Assembly: GCA_964405295.1 (NCBI GenBank) | Contig: CAYONI010000005.1 | Location: 1-61,782 of the forward strand | Source: an uncultured Methanosarcinales archaeon | GTDB taxonomy: Archaea > Nanobdellota > Nanobdellia > Woesearchaeales > CAYZNE01 | Direction: 5' to 3' | DNA length: 61,782 nucleotides | Shown: in pieces, positions 58,626-61,782 of the stretch | How positions within the stretch are numbered: position 1 is the stretch's first letter | Layout of the letters: every line of letters starts with the position of its first letter | The notes under the pieces: model-generated | What the model was told of the DNA's origin: nothing | Database searches by the model: none | The model's input: the letters and a program-made list of their open reading frames with translations, nothing else | Position numbers and translations under genes: made by a program

Positions 58626-59093
58626 TTATTCGTCTACAGAGAAATAATAGATTGTAGTTTTTCCTGTATAGTTACCATACGAAAGATTATCTGTATTATA
58701 TAAAATAACTTTTATAGAAACATTATCTACATCTGGTTCCATAATAAAATTATTTGGCGTAAACTTAATATAATCTGCGATTTCAGGAGTTAACTCAATA
58801 TAGACCTGAACAGGTTCTTCTTTAGGATAAAGATAAAACATCCTCTGCGCAGTATTTCCTGGGGGAATTCGCCCCATATTTAACATATCTGTATCAACAG
58901 CAAGCCCAATCCTAGCACCAATCATAAAACTAACGTTTATTTCTGAAATTGCAATTGGCCTTTCAGACAAGTTTTTACTGACTAAAATTGAAGTTAGCCC
59001 TATCAATAAAACAACAAAGATGAGTGTTATAAAAACTATCTTTGCTAATTTCTTATGATTAGTAACAAATTTATCCTTATTTCTTTTTACCAT
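58626..59093 (-). CDS. Membrane-anchored Ig-like protein
   Basis: N-terminal TM, beta-rich, GNYTG. Confidence 0.7.
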   Translation of the reverse strand: MVKRNKDKFVTNHKKLAKIVFITLIFVVLLIGLTSILVSKNLSERPIAISEINVSFMIGARIGLAVDTDMLNMGRIPPGNTAQRMFYLYPKEEPVQVYIELTPEIADYIKFTPNNFIMEPDVDNVSIKVILYNTDNLSYGNYTGKTTIYYFSVDE

Positions 59094-60270
59094 TATTTAT
59101 CCTTCCCTTTTCTATATTGTGTCTTTTAAAATAAAAAATTATAAATAAAACCATGCCCAACAACAATAATACTACAAGAACTATTAAAACAACCAAAACA
59201 ATATTAACAGGCTCTTTTACAAGTTCTTCTGGTGGTCTCTCAACCAACTCAAGATTTACAGATTTTGTTTTCTCTTCATCAGAATAAAAAAGAGTTATAT
59301 TTAAGATGTAATTACCAGAAGAAATTCCAGAAGGATTAAGATAAGTTGTTAAAGTTTTAGTTTCAAAATTAGATAAATCAACAGGACTAGTTTTTGATTC
59401 AGTTCCGTTAAGACTAACTGTTGCATAAACGTTTTTTATAACATCATTCCAATCACTTCTTATTTGAAGATCAAATTTCTGAATTGAATCATTAAATAAA
59501 ACATCAGTACTAGCAACTATATCTACATTTAATTTACCAATCTTAAATTCAGTTGTTTTAGTAATTATTTTATCTAAATAAAAATAATTTAGAGTTGCAT
59601 TATAATAACCAGAATTAAAATTATATGTTGACAAAGGGACAGTAAACTTTTGTTTTTGTTGCGAAGCAATACTTATACCATTATCCAACTCCTCAATTAA
59701 AGTGTTATTATTCTCATCTTTAACAATAAACTCATAACGCATATTACTTAAATCACTATTCCCCCTATTCCATGCAGTAAAAAATAATTTTGAATTTTCA
59801 CCTAGATTGACATTATTAACTGAAAAATCGATTATACTCGCATAAAAGCCTGGATAAGGAACAAAAATATTTACTGCTGTACCACCAGAGGTTGTAATAA
59901 CAAACATCCCCGTATCAGCTATATCAGATAAATTATCTCTAACCTCAAGCCAAATCTTATTTGTGCCGGGAGTAAAGTCTTCTGCTTTGACATTATCAGG
60001 AATACTAACCTCCATTATAACCCCCTTATCTGGATCATCAAGAGGAATTTGGGTTCTTGAGAGAGTTGCATATTCTGCAAACTCACCAGAAATTTTAACT
60101 ATAGAATCTCTGGTAGGATATAATGGAGAAAATTTAATAGTAAACTCTAAACCAGGTTCAAAATCAAATGAACGATCATGTTGAATGCTAATTCCAACTG
60201 ATTCTACAGAAAATGGTAGAAGAAGTATAATACAAAAAGATAATAAAAAGAACAAATAAAACTTTCTCAT
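59077..60270 (-). CDS. Secreted multi-Ig-like protein with C-terminal TM anchor
   Basis: Signal peptide; VFVPYPG-type linker; GYYNAT/GNYILN; C-terminal TM + basic tail. Confidence 0.8.
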   Translation of the reverse strand: MRKFYLFFLLSFCIILLLPFSVESVGISIQHDRSFDFEPGLEFTIKFSPLYPTRDSIVKISGEFAEYATLSRTQIPLDDPDKGVIMEVSIPDNVKAEDFTPGTNKIWLEVRDNLSDIADTGMFVITTSGGTAVNIFVPYPGFYASIIDFSVNNVNLGENSKLFFTAWNRGNSDLSNMRYEFIVKDENNNTLIEELDNGISIASQQKQKFTVPLSTYNFNSGYYNATLNYFYLDKIITKTTEFKIGKLNVDIVASTDVLFNDSIQKFDLQIRSDWNDVIKNVYATVSLNGTESKTSPVDLSNFETKTLTTYLNPSGISSGNYILNITLFYSDEEKTKSVNLELVERPPEELVKEPVNIVLVVLIVLVVLLLLGMVLFIIFYFKRHNIEKGRINNGKKK

Positions 60271-60351
60271 TTTATAGTTAATATACCTCTTATTTTTATT
60301 TTACTACAAGAACAAAATTTAAAAAAAATAAAAAAATAAAAAAACTTTATA

Positions 60352-60951
60352 CTACTCTACTGCATCGTTAGCTTCAATACTTATCTGTAATGTTCCACTA
60401 TCTCCACTTGCTGCATCTGCTTCAGCAATAGACAATTGGAAATCAAGAGTCATATTATTACCACCAGTAGTAGCTAAGCTATTACATATAGTGCTCTCAA
60501 CATCTATACCATTAATTGCGGTATAAGATCCAGGAGCTTCAGTAGTACAAAAATTTCCACCGTCAGTAATCTTGTAAAGAACATTTGAACCAGCACCAAT
60601 AAGTCCTGTATCAGTATCATTTACACTCATATTAACTGAACAAGCAATATTACCAACATTTTCAAGAACTAATCCACCAGGAGAATCTGCCCATGATCCA
60701 GCACATCCTGCGTCTGCAGCTGCGTCAGAAGAGAGAACACAAGGTCCGCCAGCAACAACAACATATCCACTTAAGAAGTCAATTGCAGTTGTTGAAAAGT
60801 TAACAACAAGATTATCAGTAACAGAATAATCTACAGTTCCTGTAGTTGCAGCACCAGTTTTTTGGCCGCCAGTACTTAATAATGTTCCTCCGAGAGAAAC
60901 AACGATTGCTGCGATTAAGAGAACCGCTAATGTTTTATTTGATACATCCAT
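60352..60951 (-). CDS. Secreted fibre-subunit-like protein
   Basis: MDVSNK + hydrophobic helix + TGAAT; Gly/Thr/Ala-rich beta protein. Confidence 0.75.
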   Translation of the reverse strand: MDVSNKTLAVLLIAAIVVSLGGTLLSTGGQKTGAATTGTVDYSVTDNLVVNFSTTAIDFLSGYVVVAGGPCVLSSDAAADAGCAGSWADSPGGLVLENVGNIACSVNMSVNDTDTGLIGAGSNVLYKITDGGNFCTTEAPGSYTAINGIDVESTICNSLATTGGNNMTLDFQLSIAEADAASGDSGTLQISIEANDAVE

Positions 60952-61013
60952 TTTTTTTTACCACCTTTATTTTATTTATTTATTATTATATTACTTTTTT
61001 ATTACAATACTTA

Positions 61014-61235
61014 CTATGGTTTTTCTATAGTATAACTAATCTTAGCAGCAGATACAGGAGCTACATCAGGGTCCATTATATTATAACTTATCTTGCCAGA
61101 ACTTACTGGTTCAGATATTTTATTCTTTGTTATAGACGTATTACTAGCCGATAACATTAAGACTGTACTAAAAACAGAAATAACCACAGTCAAAATCACT
61201 AGAACAAAAATCACCTTATTTGATACATCTTCCAT
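61014..61235 (-). CDS. Small membrane protein with DVSNK N-terminus
   Basis: MEDVSNK + TM; internal PVSS/AxKISY repeat. Confidence 0.65.
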   Translation of the reverse strand: MEDVSNKVIFVLVILTVVISVFSTVLMLSASNTSITKNKISEPVSSGKISYNIMDPDVAPVSAAKISYTIEKP

Positions 61236-61425
61236 TTTATCACACACCATTCATTTTCTATATCTATGATCTGATATAGGAGATTCCTAGAATCTCTTTA
61301 TTTAATAACTGTAATACTAATATACTAAAATAGCTACTATATAAATATTCCGTTTTTTTTAGTCATTAAAGAGAGAAAATTAAAGGTTATTCAGTATTCA
61401 AATAAAAATAATATACTATTATAAT

Positions 61426-61700
61426 GACATCCTCCCTAACCTTTAGGTTGGGGTACTCAATAATTATAAATTATTGGTACATTTGCTTCGCAAATTGTAT
61501 CCTGTTAAAAGGATGTCGTCCAAACACTCAAAAAGTAAAACTTTTTGGTGTGCACAAGATTATAATCTTGGCATATTAGGAATTTTCAATTCCTCCTACA
61601 CCAAAAATATTTATATTTTTGCTTGAAAGCATAAACTTACAACACAATAAAATCTTGATTTTATGTGCCAATAATTCCTAATTATTGAGCATTAATGTTG
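61426..61700. repeat. Cluster of bulged hairpins with IS200/IS605-like end hairpin
   Basis: Hairpins at 61453-61480, 61524-61551, 61551-61573, 61602-61621, 61643-61667, 61665-61692; CCTCCCTAACCTTTAGGTTGGGG at 61431-61453. Confidence 0.65.
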
Positions 61701-61782
61701 TAGTATTAGCTTTTTTGAGAATAAATAATAAAATATAATTCTAGAAAAAGTTATTTAGAAAAATGAGAACTTTGTGTTTTTA

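Noticed and set aside
171..61154. Many antisense/overlapping ORFs in the track (e.g. 171-491, 2722-3108, 5449-5754, 20770-21291, 53712-54158)
   Set aside because: Shadows of well-supported genes on the opposite strand with no recognisable motifs
1..61782. CRISPR array, tRNA, rRNA
   Set aside because: No regularly spaced repeat-spacer series, cloverleaf or long GC-rich rRNA-like tract seen; the 30-bp pair at 43716/43761 has only two units with a 15-bp spacer and no cas genes

Overview
AT-rich chromosomal fragment of an archaeon, most consistent with a DPANN lineage (Woesearchaeota/Nanoarchaeota-like). It has archaeal translation genes (rps7, rpl44e, rps27e, aIF2-alpha, nop10, aIF5B, rps6e, rpl15e, TyrRS, SerRS), grpE-dnaK-dnaJ, ftsZ, scpA, ATP-dependent ligase and enolase. 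It also has several bacterial-type genes (lspA, RsuA-family pseudouridine synthase, HelY-like helicase) and many surface proteins. Three things stand out. (1) An ~8.2 kb single-transposase cargo transposon (3758-11965) with IS903-like GGCTTTGTGTAA terminal inverted repeats and an intact 9-bp target duplication (GGTGAGATA). It carries a BcgI-like (type IIB-like) restriction-modification pair and other putative nuclease/defence genes, and two HEPN-type genes lie just outside it. (2) A dispersed family of about 13 bulged hairpins (GTGC-CAATAA...TTATTG-A-GCAT) with compensatory changes, in both orientations, clustered at 61.4-61.7 kb next to an IS200/IS605-like end hairpin. (3) Two copies of an unrecognised ~115-150 nt structured intergenic element (23233-23345, 55237-55388) with shared core motifs and differently sequenced but still pairing outer stems, a candidate novel ncRNA. 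No tRNA, rRNA or CRISPR array was seen. All family assignments come from motif recognition by eye; no database searches were run.
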